A stretch of DNA of 64,000 nt from a bacterium (GCA_963675755.2 CAXXMD010000002.1:480001-544000), one strand, 5' to 3'; numbered from the stretch's first letter, positions 30,365-40,435 are shown. Notes: generated by a model from the sequence alone, not told the origin. Made by a program: numbers and translations.

Positions 30365-31339
30365 TTAGAACGAATCCAAGTTATATGTAATTCCAAATAT
30401 CGGTTTGTTCTCAATAATAGAAATGCCAGGTACTATACGGGCTTTTCTGCTTTCATGCATATAGATAATTGCTTTAGATACTGCAATGCCATAAACCGCA
30501 CCCATAAATACATCTGATGGCCAATGAGATTTATAATCGATACGTTGAAATCCTACTGTGGTTGCTATTCCATATGCTAATGTAGAAAAAGCCCAATGGT
30601 CAACATGATGAGATAATACTGTAGCCAGTTGAAAGATATTTGATGTATGTCCTGATGGAAACGAGCGGTCTCCATCGAATTCAAAGAAATAGGGCCCCTG
30701 TTCATCATTGGGTCTTGATCTGCCAATAACTTTGTGTAGAATCTGTACACGGGTATTACCCTCAAAAATCATAGATTCTAACAATTGAACCGAAGCCTCT
30801 TGTAAATGTTCATTTTTCAATAAATAACCAACAAAGAAACCGCCAATATAGTATGGGTGGGTATTACGTGTAAGACCAGAGGGTTCGAAAAAATTACCCA
30901 CTTGTAAAACCTTTTTATACACTCTATCGTTATTATGCCTGTTTAGAAAATCATATATTTCCTGGTCTTTGTAATATAAAAGACCAAAAGTAGCAAGTAT
31001 GGAACCTAATTTAATCGCGGATTTTTTATCAATTCGGGTAGGGGAGGTAAGAATATATTTATAATCATCATAGATGAATTTAGTATTTTGTAGAATTAAA
31101 TCCAGACTCTGGTTATAGTTTTGTACAACTGGATTTGATTTTTGTTCTGATGTTTGGAAAGTGATATGTTGATTTTGTTGGGTTTGCAGGGTGTCAGGTT
31201 TGGTATTGCTGGTTATTAATAGGTTCGATTTATTTTCTATATCACTTGTAGTAGAAACAAGTTGAGCAAAATCGGTTTTATTCTCAAAACTCAATGCTAT
31301 TGAAAAACCGAACAGGATATATATTAGTAAAATTTTCAT
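30365..31339 (-). CDS. exported PAP2-family phosphatase
   Basis: Likely start MKILLIYILFG (ATG 31339); KVIGRSRP, SFPSGH, RIDYKSHWPSDV. Confidence 0.85.
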   Translation of the reverse strand: MKILLIYILFGFSIALSFENKTDFAQLVSTTSDIENKSNLLITSNTKPDTLQTQQNQHITFQTSEQKSNPVVQNYNQSLDLILQNTKFIYDDYKYILTSPTRIDKKSAIKLGSILATFGLLYYKDQEIYDFLNRHNNDRVYKKVLQVGNFFEPSGLTRNTHPYYIGGFFVGYLLKNEHLQEASVQLLESMIFEGNTRVQILHKVIGRSRPNDEQGPYFFEFDGDRSFPSGHTSNIFQLATVLSHHVDHWAFSTLAYGIATTVGFQRIDYKSHWPSDVFMGAVYGIAVSKAIIYMHESRKARIVPGISIIENKPIFGITYNLDSF

Positions 31340-31531
31340 AAGAATCGTTTTTTTACATGACGCATGATTAATTTGTGTTATGTAATATAAGAATTTTAAT
31401 TTAAAAACAAGTATTGAATTTGCAAACATTAATTGAAAAATGTGTACCATGCCTCTATTTGGCATAAAATTTGAAAAACAGAAAATGATTAATATATTTG
31501 CTTTCCATACTTACTATTTTGGAGGATATCT

Positions 31532-33499
31532 ATGTCTCTCGGTACTGATATAAAAATACTTTTGGTTGAAGATGCTGCTGTTATGCGGAAGATGGAATTA
31601 AAGACATTAAAGTCATTGGGCTTTGAAAATATTATTGAAGCCCCTGACGGTCAGGCCGCTCAAGATATCCTTGAAGCAGACAGTTCAATTCAACTAGTGA
31701 TCAGTGACTGGAACATGCCCAATAAAAGCGGCTATGATCTTTTGTTATGGGTGAGACAGAGTGAAACATATAAAGATCTGCCTTTTCTTATGGCTACAGG
31801 TCGTGGTGAAAAAAAAGAAATGGCAAAGGCTGACAGTGCTGGTGTTAGCAGCTTTATTTCAAAACCATTCGATGCAAGTGAATTAAGTGAAAAGATACAA
31901 GAAGCCTTTGGCATGGGCCAGCCAGCTGAGCAAAAGGTCAATCGTGTAATTCAAACCGCTCCTTCCGGCAAGATATTGCTTCGCATTGGTCATATTCAAA
32001 TTACAGACCATTTGGTGCTTGGTGTCCTCAAACACCTGATTAAAACCGGTGAATTAAAACCTCAAACCTTCGAATTGGATACACTTTGTTTGTCAAGTTG
32101 GAACCCTGTTGCAAAATCACTTGAAAGCGGCGACATAGATGGTGCCTGTGTACTTGCACCTATTGCTATGGATTTATTTAGTTATGATGTGCCAATCCAA
32201 TTGATTTTATTTGCTCACCGTAATGGGAGTATTTTTGTACGTAACCGTAAAGGTGATGAATATAGAGAACCTTATGAAAATTTCTTTCGTGGAAAATCTT
32301 TTCTATTACCGCATCTTATGTCTATTCATAACATTCTTGCTCATATGTTTTTCAGCGGTATTGGTTTAAATGCAGGATTTGCAGGCGATGAGGGAGTAGA
32401 TGTAAACTTTGAAGTTGTACCCCCTGTGAAAATGCCTGAAATTCTTGCAAATAATGAAAAAGCTTGTGGTTACCTGGTTGCTGAACCTCTGGGTACCAAA
32501 GCAATTGCCAGTGGAATTGCAGAATTGCAGTTTATATCAAGTGAATTATGGGATAACCATCCTTGTTGTGTTGTTACAATGCAGCAGGACATTATTGATC
32601 AACATCCCGAAGTTGTTCAGGAATTTACCAACATGTTGGTTTATGCTGGTAAATTGATTGAAGAAAAGCCGGGCATTGCAGCTGAAATTGGTGTCGAATT
32701 TTTAGATCCTAATAAGGTTTTGGGGCTCAAACCTGCATTAATTAAAAATGTATTAACCGAACCCAAAGGTATTAAAACCGGTGACTTGTATCCATCAGTT
32801 GAAGATCTTGATCGTATACAACATTACATGCATGATAATATTGGTTTAGGAAATATAATCGATCTGGACAAGTTTGTAGATCTTCGTTTTGCAGATGTTG
32901 CTTGTAAAGATACTGATGTTAATAAACGTTCTTCAGTCGTAAGAGCTGAAGAGAAAGTTCAGGATATTCTTATACGAGATACCAGTTCTCAGGCTGTTCA
33001 ATCTGAAAAATCAATGATCAACCTGGAAGGAAAATATCTGTCTTTTTCAATGGGTAAAGAAGAATATGGTATTGATATTTTAAAAATTAAAGAAATTATC
33101 AAAATGCAAAACATTCGTTCCATACCCAATTTGCCACCTCATATTAAAGGGGTCATAAATTTACGCGGAAGTGTAATACCGGTAATTGATTTGAGACTTC
33201 GTTTCGGTATGGTGCCAATGGATTATGATGAACGTACAGTAATTATTGTTTTGGAAATCTATTATCAGGGACGTACGGTACTCATGGGAGTTGCGGTTGA
33301 TTCTGTTTCCGAAGTTTCTGATATACATGTATCTGATATAGATGAAACGCCATCATTTGGTGTAAATACAAAAACTGATTATATTCTTGCAATTGCAAAA
33401 CTCAAGGGACATGTTAAAATCCTTTTGGATATTGATAAAGTTTTGACCCGTAATGAAGCAGAGATGGTAACCGAGATGTTTCAAGATGCAGCTCAATAA
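31532..33499 (+). CDS. REC (CheY-like) - NrtA/CmpA-like substrate-binding domain - CheW fusion protein
   Basis: LLVED/ISDWNMP/ATG/SKPF; IGHIQITDHL, SWNPVAKSL..GDIDGA..LAP, AEPLG, HPCCVV; KYLSF..EEYGIDI, GVINLRGSVIPVIDLR; GGAGG RBS. Confidence 0.85.
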   Translation: MSLGTDIKILLVEDAAVMRKMELKTLKSLGFENIIEAPDGQAAQDILEADSSIQLVISDWNMPNKSGYDLLLWVRQSETYKDLPFLMATGRGEKKEMAKADSAGVSSFISKPFDASELSEKIQEAFGMGQPAEQKVNRVIQTAPSGKILLRIGHIQITDHLVLGVLKHLIKTGELKPQTFELDTLCLSSWNPVAKSLESGDIDGACVLAPIAMDLFSYDVPIQLILFAHRNGSIFVRNRKGDEYREPYENFFRGKSFLLPHLMSIHNILAHMFFSGIGLNAGFAGDEGVDVNFEVVPPVKMPEILANNEKACGYLVAEPLGTKAIASGIAELQFISSELWDNHPCCVVTMQQDIIDQHPEVVQEFTNMLVYAGKLIEEKPGIAAEIGVEFLDPNKVLGLKPALIKNVLTEPKGIKTGDLYPSVEDLDRIQHYMHDNIGLGNIIDLDKFVDLRFADVACKDTDVNKRSSVVRAEEKVQDILIRDTSSQAVQSEKSMINLEGKYLSFSMGKEEYGIDILKIKEIIKMQNIRSIPNLPPHIKGVINLRGSVIPVIDLRLRFGMVPMDYDERTVIIVLEIYYQGRTVLMGVAVDSVSEVSDIHVSDIDETPSFGVNTKTDYILAIAKLKGHVKILLDIDKVLTRNEAEMVTEMFQDAAQ

Positions 33500-33513
33500 A
33501 AAGGGGGCTGCAC

Positions 33514-34386
33514 ATGAATAAACAATTACGAACGCTGTATAGGGATATGATAATCGCCATGGGAGTGGAGGGTTTGAACATCCCTGTAACAGCAGTGAAA
33601 TTTTTCAAAAATGGGGATACCATCCCTGATAAAATCATGGAATATCATCCGGATGATTTAACGGTTACAAGCTGCCAGGCTACTAAACAGGCATCATTGG
33701 GTGATGCTGTTTGTTTAACTCGTGAAAATATTGGCTGTATTGCAGCTGCCATTACCTTTGGTCTTGTTGATCAGTATGATGATAAACCTCTGGGTAAATC
33801 AAGAGTATATACTGATATGATGCGTCAGCAATCTGATGCTTTGAATGATTTTATACCACCTTCTCCCAAAGATTTTACTTCAGGTATAGTATATGCGTGT
33901 AAGGATTCCAATAATCCTGATTTTTGCTTGTTTGGTCATGATGACAGTGGAAGATTCAAAACTGTTGAATTGGCCCAAAATGCAATTAGTGAGATGATGG
34001 CTATTCAACCTGCTACTATGAAAGCTGTCTTTTTTTGTTCACCTGAATTTGACGAAATTGAACTTGAACCAGATATTATTGTTTTATCAGTCAGACCAGT
34101 AGAGTTGGCAAGAATCATTCAGGCGTATCAGTTTACCACCGGAAAACGCGTAACGGCAAATATGGGACCTGTTCGCGTTGTAAACTCGGATTTGATAGTA
34201 CGACCGTACCTGACACAGGAGATGAATATTTCAACTTATTGTATTGGTGCACGTCTCATTGCCCAATATGAAGCCGACAGGATGGGATTGGGTATTCCAT
34301 TCAATACATTTAAATTAATTGCAGAAGCAATGCATGCGTCCAAAACAGGATATCCATTTCACTTGTACCCAGGTGCTGACGATTAA
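33514..34386 (+). CDS. DUF169 family protein
   Basis: PVTAVKFF, SCQA, GCIAAAITFG, EPDIIVL..P, VRPYLTQEMNISTYCIGAR. Confidence 0.7.
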   Translation: MNKQLRTLYRDMIIAMGVEGLNIPVTAVKFFKNGDTIPDKIMEYHPDDLTVTSCQATKQASLGDAVCLTRENIGCIAAAITFGLVDQYDDKPLGKSRVYTDMMRQQSDALNDFIPPSPKDFTSGIVYACKDSNNPDFCLFGHDDSGRFKTVELAQNAISEMMAIQPATMKAVFFCSPEFDEIELEPDIIVLSVRPVELARIIQAYQFTTGKRVTANMGPVRVVNSDLIVRPYLTQEMNISTYCIGARLIAQYEADRMGLGIPFNTFKLIAEAMHASKTGYPFHLYPGADD

Positions 34387-34403
34387 GACTATACGGAATT
34401 GCT

Positions 34404-35837
34404 ATGAATAACTATGTGAAAATTTTAATTCGCAGGATGGCGCATATAACTGGTACTGAACTCACTCCCGACCACTATCGTGTTCTTGAATACACCTATG
34501 ATTATTATAAAAAAAATCATGTGGGTCCCATGCATTACAATATCAAAAAGAATTTGGGATTCTCTCAAACAGATTTACAAAAAATGTTTCCTTTTGGATT
34601 AAAATCCGTTTATACCTGGGTTGATATTCCCATACAAACTCCTGACCAATCTTGTAAACCCTTTCCAACAATTAAAGTTAATAACTTTCGAGAAGTGTAT
34701 CTTGATCATAATGCTACTACATATGTAAGATTAAAAATTGTAACCGCTCTTGAAAAATATTATTCAGGTAAAATGGGTTTTGGTAATCCCAGCAGCAGTA
34801 CAGAACCTGGCAAAGAGTCTTATGAGTATATTGAAACGGCCAGGGCACAGATAGCGGAATGTTTGGATGTTTTACCGCAGGAAATTATATTTACCGGAAG
34901 TGGATCAGAAGCAAATAATCTTGCCATTAAGGGGATTGCGTTCCAGTACCTTGAACACAAGGGCCATTTCATTACTTCAAAAATTGAACATTCATCTGTA
35001 CTTAAAACCATGCAGTTTCTTGAATCTATTGGTTTTACTGTTACTTATCTGAATGTCGATGCTGATGGAAAAATCGATCTTGAACAACTTGAAAAGGCAA
35101 TTACCGATGATACTCTGCTTGTATCTATCATGATGGCCAATAATGAAATTGGTACTACAAGTCCGGTTAATGAGATTTCTGAAATATGTAATCGTTTTGG
35201 TGTACCTTTGATGATGGACAGCATACAGGCATTTGGCAGAATTCCTATAAAACCCAGAAAGCTTGGAATTTCAATGCTCTCACTTTCAGGGCACAAAATT
35301 TATGCCCCCAAAGGTGTTGCGGCACTTTATGTTTCCAAAGATATTCCACTTGTACCCATTATTCACGGTGGCAGTCAGGAATTTGGTTTACGGGCGGGTA
35401 CTGAAAATGTTGGTCATATTATGGCGCTTGGAAAAGCAGCTTTATTAATTTGCCGTGATATGGATTCGGAAACGAATCGACTTTTAGAGTTGCGGCAGTT
35501 TTTTCTGGATGGTCTTTATAATATTGAACCTGACCTCATTGTAAATGGCTCATTGAAGGATCGTTTACCTCAAAATCTCAGTATTGGTTTTCCGGGTGTC
35601 GACAGTGGAGCATTACTATTAGGCCTGAATCAAATTGGTGTATATACTTCATCGGGTTCAGCTTGCAGCTCCGGTAATGAAAGGAATTCACATGTTCTGA
35701 ATGCCATTGGTGTTGACCCCAAAAAATATGGTACTATTCGCTTTAGTATGGGATTACGAACAACCAAAGAAGACCTGGAATATGTATTGTCATTGTTACC
35801 TCAGATATTAAAACATCTCAAATCCAATCAAACATGA
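34404..35837 (+). CDS. cysteine desulfurase (IscS/NifS group I) with N-terminal DsrC/TusE-like domain
   Basis: YLDHNATT, GNPSS, SGHKIYAPKG (PLP Lys), RAGTEN, SSGSACSS (catalytic Cys); first ~85 aa ELTPDHYRVLEY..YY...P...LQKMFP. Confidence 0.88.
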   Translation: MNNYVKILIRRMAHITGTELTPDHYRVLEYTYDYYKKNHVGPMHYNIKKNLGFSQTDLQKMFPFGLKSVYTWVDIPIQTPDQSCKPFPTIKVNNFREVYLDHNATTYVRLKIVTALEKYYSGKMGFGNPSSSTEPGKESYEYIETARAQIAECLDVLPQEIIFTGSGSEANNLAIKGIAFQYLEHKGHFITSKIEHSSVLKTMQFLESIGFTVTYLNVDADGKIDLEQLEKAITDDTLLVSIMMANNEIGTTSPVNEISEICNRFGVPLMMDSIQAFGRIPIKPRKLGISMLSLSGHKIYAPKGVAALYVSKDIPLVPIIHGGSQEFGLRAGTENVGHIMALGKAALLICRDMDSETNRLLELRQFFLDGLYNIEPDLIVNGSLKDRLPQNLSIGFPGVDSGALLLGLNQIGVYTSSGSACSSGNERNSHVLNAIGVDPKKYGTIRFSMGLRTTKEDLEYVLSLLPQILKHLKSNQT

Positions 35838-35902
35838 TAACTATATGTTTATAATATTTTTTTTTGTATATTGATTCAATAATATTTTAACTTATTATCC
35901 TG

Positions 35903-36595
35903 ATGAATATTACTGAATTTGATAACTATATTTTGTATATGGACAACCATTTACTGGTTGTAAACAAGCCGGCGGGTTTACTGGTTCAGGGTGATCAAAC
36001 CGGTGATTTGACATTATTGGAACAAAGTAAGGTTTTTCTTAAGGAAAAGTTTGATAAAAAAGGAAATGTCTATCTTGGCCTTGTGCAAAGGATTGACCGT
36101 CCGGTTTCTGGAATAGTTGTATTTGCTAGAACGTCCAAAGCGGCGGGACGATTGAGTGAAGCCATACGTCAAAGACATATCCGAAAAACATATATAGCTC
36201 TTGTTCAGGGCGTACCGAATCAACAGGACAAGTTGATTGATTATCTTGATCGCAATGGTGTTACCAGTATAATTGCTGATTCGGATACCGGAAAGAAAGC
36301 CGAATTGTCATATAAACGGCTCGATAGTAAAAAAAATGTTTCATTACTTGAAATTGATCTGCATACCGGCAGGCACCATCAAATCCGTGTCCAGTTTTCA
36401 AGCCGAGGATTTCCCATTTTGGGTGATTTTCGTTATGGTTCAAAAACCCGGTTTGGTAACAAAGCTTTGGCTTTACACGCAAGCCGCCTGTCATTGCAGC
36501 ACCCGGTCAGTAAAGAGTGGATGACTTTTAAAAGTTATCCCGATAGTTCATATTGGCCAATTGATTCAGAATGTAAGGAGATTTTATTTAAATGA
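35903..36595 (+). CDS. RluA-family RNA pseudouridine synthase
   Basis: [39 protein letters not shown]. Confidence 0.92.
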   Translation: MNITEFDNYILYMDNHLLVVNKPAGLLVQGDQTGDLTLLEQSKVFLKEKFDKKGNVYLGLVQRIDRPVSGIVVFARTSKAAGRLSEAIRQRHIRKTYIALVQGVPNQQDKLIDYLDRNGVTSIIADSDTGKKAELSYKRLDSKKNVSLLEIDLHTGRHHQIRVQFSSRGFPILGDFRYGSKTRFGNKALALHASRLSLQHPVSKEWMTFKSYPDSSYWPIDSECKEILFK

Positions 36596-37605
36596 GTATA
36601 TTGATTACAGGAGGGGCAGGTTATATTGGTAGTCACACTTGTCTTGAATTGTTAAATGCAAATAAAGATATTGTTGTTATAGACAACCTTGACAATAGTA
36701 AAAAAGAATCACTCGAAAGAGTGCAAAAGTTGACAGGAAAGCAATTAACTTTTTACCATGATGATCTTTTGGATTTGAATGCTGTTGAAAATATATTTAA
36801 AGATAATGATATAACGGATGTCATTCATTTTGCAGGACTCAAAGCTGTAGGCGAGTCTAATACAATCCCGTTACATTATTATGACAACAATATAACCAGT
36901 ACACTCAACTTATGCAAAGTGATGAAAAAGAACAATGTCATGAATTTGGTGTTTAGTTCTTCTGCAACCGTTTATGGCGATCCACATACGGTACCCATTC
37001 TTGAAAATTTTCCACTGGGTCCAACAAATCCATATGGCAGAACAAAGTACATGATTGAACTCATATTGCGTGATTTGTACGCATCTGATTCAAATTGGAA
37101 TATAGCATTGTTACGGTACTTTAATCCTGTAGGTGCACACAAGAGTGGACAAATTGGAGAAGACCCCAATGGAATTCCCAATAATCTATTTCCATATATT
37201 GCCCAGGTAGCTGTTGGAAAACTTGAAAAACTTGCAGTTTTTGGAGGCGATTACCCAACACACGACGGTACGGGTGTTAGAGATTATATCCATGTTGTTG
37301 ATCTTGCAATAGGCCATTTACGTGCTTTGGATCGATTACAGGAAAATCCCGGTCTTGTAACTTATAATTTAGGTACTGGTCAGGGGTACAGTGTTTTGGA
37401 TGTTGTGAAAGCATTTTCAAAAGCATCTCTAAAAGAGATCCCGTATAAAATTACAGATAGACGTACGGGAGATGTTGCATCCTGTTACGCTGATCCTGCA
37501 CTTGCTCAAAAAGAATTAAACTGGACTGCTGCAAAAACAATAGAAGACATGTGTGCAGACAGTTGGCGTTGGCAATCCAATAATCCTAATGGTTATGAAT
37601 CATAA
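36592..37605 (+). CDS. galE: UDP-glucose 4-epimerase
   Basis: [45 protein letters not shown]. Confidence 0.96.
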   Translation: MSILITGGAGYIGSHTCLELLNANKDIVVIDNLDNSKKESLERVQKLTGKQLTFYHDDLLDLNAVENIFKDNDITDVIHFAGLKAVGESNTIPLHYYDNNITSTLNLCKVMKKNNVMNLVFSSSATVYGDPHTVPILENFPLGPTNPYGRTKYMIELILRDLYASDSNWNIALLRYFNPVGAHKSGQIGEDPNGIPNNLFPYIAQVAVGKLEKLAVFGGDYPTHDGTGVRDYIHVVDLAIGHLRALDRLQENPGLVTYNLGTGQGYSVLDVVKAFSKASLKEIPYKITDRRTGDVASCYADPALAQKELNWTAAKTIEDMCADSWRWQSNNPNGYES

Positions 37606-37615
37606 GGAATCCTAT

Positions 37616-37960
37616 ATGAAAAAGATATTTGAAAAAGCTTTGCTGGATATAATTATTACCGTGGTAATTCTGTTAACTCTATTTACAGGCCATGTATTTA
37701 TCAGATGGTTCTTGTATCTTTATACCCCTGTCATATTAGCAGCCAGAATTATTGCGTTATCCAGTAAAAAAGTAAAAAGCAGCAAGGGTGTTAATGATTG
37801 GATTTTTCATCTGTTATATGCTATAAACTTTACTGTTTTGATTATTGATCGCTGGTGGGTACTTGCTGGTATGTGGCTTTTAATTTGGATATTAGCATTT
37901 CTATTCTCACGCAAACGATCTGTGCAGCAACAGTCCACTAAACATAAACGTAAAAGATAA
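37616..37960 (+). CDS. hypothetical small membrane protein
   Basis: AAGGA RBS and ATG at 37616; about 4 hydrophobic segments. Confidence 0.65.
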   Translation: MKKIFEKALLDIIITVVILLTLFTGHVFIRWFLYLYTPVILAARIIALSSKKVKSSKGVNDWIFHLLYAINFTVLIIDRWWVLAGMWLLIWILAFLFSRKRSVQQQSTKHKRKR

Positions 37961-37984
37961 TTCAATCTCTACCGGTCATGCCGA

Positions 37985-39121
37985 ATGCAATCAGATAAAC
38001 CTTATATTGTACTTGTGGGTCCTGTTAACCCTAAAACAGGAGGGATGGAAACGTATATTCAAGCTCTTTTGGATTCTGAAGAAGCAAAAGCTATTGACTT
38101 GCAGTTATTTGATATTTCAAAACCATGGGTACGAAAAAAACAATCACGTAAATATACAGGGTATGCAGCATCATTACGTCGCAATCTTGTTGTATCTTTA
38201 ACAAGCTATTTCCAGTCACTTTATTTTCTTTTACGATTTATTTATCGCTTTTTCAAAAAAAAACCTGATCTGGTTCATCTACACACAGCATCTTATACAT
38301 CCTTTTGGGAAAAGATGTTTTACATACATGTATGTAACTGGATGCGCGTTCCTGTAATTCTGCATGTACATGGTGCATTGTTTGAAAACTTTTACTATAA
38401 ACAAACTTTGTTTGTGCGCAAATATATCCGCCATATGCTGATCAAATGTAATCATATTTTAGTATTGTCTCAGTATTGGTATGATTTGTTGACCCGCCTA
38501 ACAGACCCTCATAAAGTCACTATTGTTCCTAACGGTGTAGATACATCTATTTATTCAGAAATTGTATATCCTAAATCTGAAATTCCTTCCATGTTGTTTT
38601 TGGGCGAGTTGTCAAAACGCAAAGGGATATTTGATTTATTAAAAGTTATTCAAGCTTTAGCATCTGGTTTCAAGGATTTCATTGTTTATATTGCAGGTCC
38701 GGGAGATACTCTGGAAATTAAAAAACTTGCAAAAGAATACGACATTGAAAAACAAATTTATTTGATAGGTCCGGTTTTCGATCGGGAGAAATTACAGTTA
38801 CTTCAATCATCCTGGATTTTTATATTGCCATCATATGCAGAAGCACAACCTATGTCTGTCATTGAAGCAATGGCTTCTGGTACAGCGGTAATAAGTACAA
38901 AGGTGGGTGGAATACCTGAAATGGTAATTGAACCAGAAAATGGTTATCTCACCGATCCCGGGGATATTCAACATTTAAAAAAGGTTGCCGAGTTGTTATT
39001 GAACCATAAGCAACTATGTGAAAAAAAGGGGATGGCTAATATTAATAAAGCAAAAGAACTATTTGATATTAATACAAATATGCAAAAAATATTAAATTGT
39101 TATTATACTCTCTTATCCTAG
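37985..39121 (+). CDS. GT4 family glycosyltransferase
   Basis: TGGM, LHVHG, PNGVD, KGIFDL, PSYAEAQPMSVIEAMASG. Confidence 0.9.
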   Translation: MQSDKPYIVLVGPVNPKTGGMETYIQALLDSEEAKAIDLQLFDISKPWVRKKQSRKYTGYAASLRRNLVVSLTSYFQSLYFLLRFIYRFFKKKPDLVHLHTASYTSFWEKMFYIHVCNWMRVPVILHVHGALFENFYYKQTLFVRKYIRHMLIKCNHILVLSQYWYDLLTRLTDPHKVTIVPNGVDTSIYSEIVYPKSEIPSMLFLGELSKRKGIFDLLKVIQALASGFKDFIVYIAGPGDTLEIKKLAKEYDIEKQIYLIGPVFDREKLQLLQSSWIFILPSYAEAQPMSVIEAMASGTAVISTKVGGIPEMVIEPENGYLTDPGDIQHLKKVAELLLNHKQLCEKKGMANINKAKELFDINTNMQKILNCYYTLLS

Positions 39122-39150
39122 TGTAGCATATTGTTTATATGATTTTTAAC

Positions 39151-39179
39151 TTGCTTTTTAGACGATTTTTTTTTATAAT
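39151..39179 (+). promoter_or_regulatory. sigma70-type promoter for the sppA operon
   Basis: TTGCTT-N17-TATAAT. Confidence 0.6.
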
Positions 39180-39232
39180 ATAAGTCGTTTGTCAAATCAA
39201 ATTTGACAATTAATTATTATAATGGTAATTTA

Positions 39233-40120
39233 ATGGCAAAAAAACAAGATTACATTATTGGCGGTATAATTCTGACAGTCATTACTTTTTTCGGGATTTT
39301 GTTTATTATCGCAATAGTAGGATTGAGCAGTCAATCGGATATGTCTATTGTTTCTGGTGGAGATAAAGTTGCAGTTATAGATCTGGAAGGAATCATTACC
39401 AGCCCACATGCCATTGTACGTCAATTTAAAAAATTTGATAAAGATGAAAGTGTTAAATCCATTGTTTTCAGGATTAACAGTCCTGGTGGAGGAATTTCAG
39501 CTTCACAAGAAATATATGAACATGTTCGCCGTGTGCGTGACGGAGGAAAGCCCATTGTTGCATCCATGGGAACCGTTGCCGCATCTGGTGGTTATTATGT
39601 AGCCTTGGGTGCGGATGCAATTATGGCAAATCCCGGTACAACTACAGGAAGTATAGGAGTTATTGCCGAGTTTCCAAATTTTAAAAAATTAATGGAAAAG
39701 ATTGGTATAGAGTTTACCGTAATCAAAAGTGGCAAGTTTAAGGATACAGGTTCACCATATCGTGATATCCGCCCCGAAGAACGCCAGTATTTACAAGCAT
39801 GGATCGATAACGGTTATGATCAATTTCTTGAAACGGTAATGCGTGAGCGGGAATTACCAAGAAACGAAGTCCTCAAAGTTGCTGATGGTAGAGTTTATAC
39901 TGGTGAGCAGGCAAAAAACTTGGCGCTTATTGATACATTGGGTACATTTGAAGATGCAATTAGTCTTGCCGCTGAACTTGGTGGGATAAAAGGCGAACCC
40001 AAATTGCTCAAAGAACGTCAGAATAAAATAACGTTATATGATATTTTAACCGAAGATATTCAAATTTTGTTATCTGAATATGTCGGTTTGTGGCCAGAAG
40101 CTAAATATTTATTTAGATAG
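39233..40120 (+). CDS. sppA: signal peptide peptidase SppA (short form)
   Basis: RINSPGG, AASGGYY, TGSIGV, KSGKFKD, DGRVYTG. Confidence 0.93.
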   Translation: MAKKQDYIIGGIILTVITFFGILFIIAIVGLSSQSDMSIVSGGDKVAVIDLEGIITSPHAIVRQFKKFDKDESVKSIVFRINSPGGGISASQEIYEHVRRVRDGGKPIVASMGTVAASGGYYVALGADAIMANPGTTTGSIGVIAEFPNFKKLMEKIGIEFTVIKSGKFKDTGSPYRDIRPEERQYLQAWIDNGYDQFLETVMRERELPRNEVLKVADGRVYTGEQAKNLALIDTLGTFEDAISLAAELGGIKGEPKLLKERQNKITLYDILTEDIQILLSEYVGLWPEAKYLFR

Positions 40121-40156
40121 AGCATAGAGTTTACCCTGAACTAAGGTAAATCCATT

Positions 40157-40435
40157 ATGAAAAAAGCAGATATTGTTCGAATCATTGCAGAAGGAACAGG
40201 TTTAACGCAGGTTGAAACCCAGGCTGTAGTTGACGGTTTTATTGCTACGGTCAGTTATGCTCTAAAAAATGGAGAACGCATTGAATTACGCGGTTTTGGA
40301 AATTTCAAAGCTGTCAAGCGTAATGCCCGAATGGCCCGTAATCCAAAAACAAATGAACCTGTTGAAGTGCCCGAACACATGACTGCTGTCTTTAGGCCTT
40401 CCAGAGATTTAAAAGATTTTTTAAATAAAGAATAA
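40157..40435 (+). CDS. HU/IHF family DNA-binding protein
   Basis: IELRGFGNF, ARNPKT, FRPS. Confidence 0.92.
   Translation: MKKADIVRIIAEGTGLTQVETQAVVDGFIATVSYALKNGERIELRGFGNFKAVKRNARMARNPKTNEPVEVPEHMTAVFRPSRDLKDFLNKE

Noticed and set aside
30365-31465. Long N-terminal extension of the PAP2 ORF in the ORF track (similarly 26851, 16478, 59977 starts)
   Set aside because: Downstream starts give proper signal peptides or RBS; the extensions are artefacts of longest-ORF calling
36080-36112. RluA motif II reads QRID instead of HRLD
   Set aside because: Catalytic Asp and Arg are retained; ordinary variation
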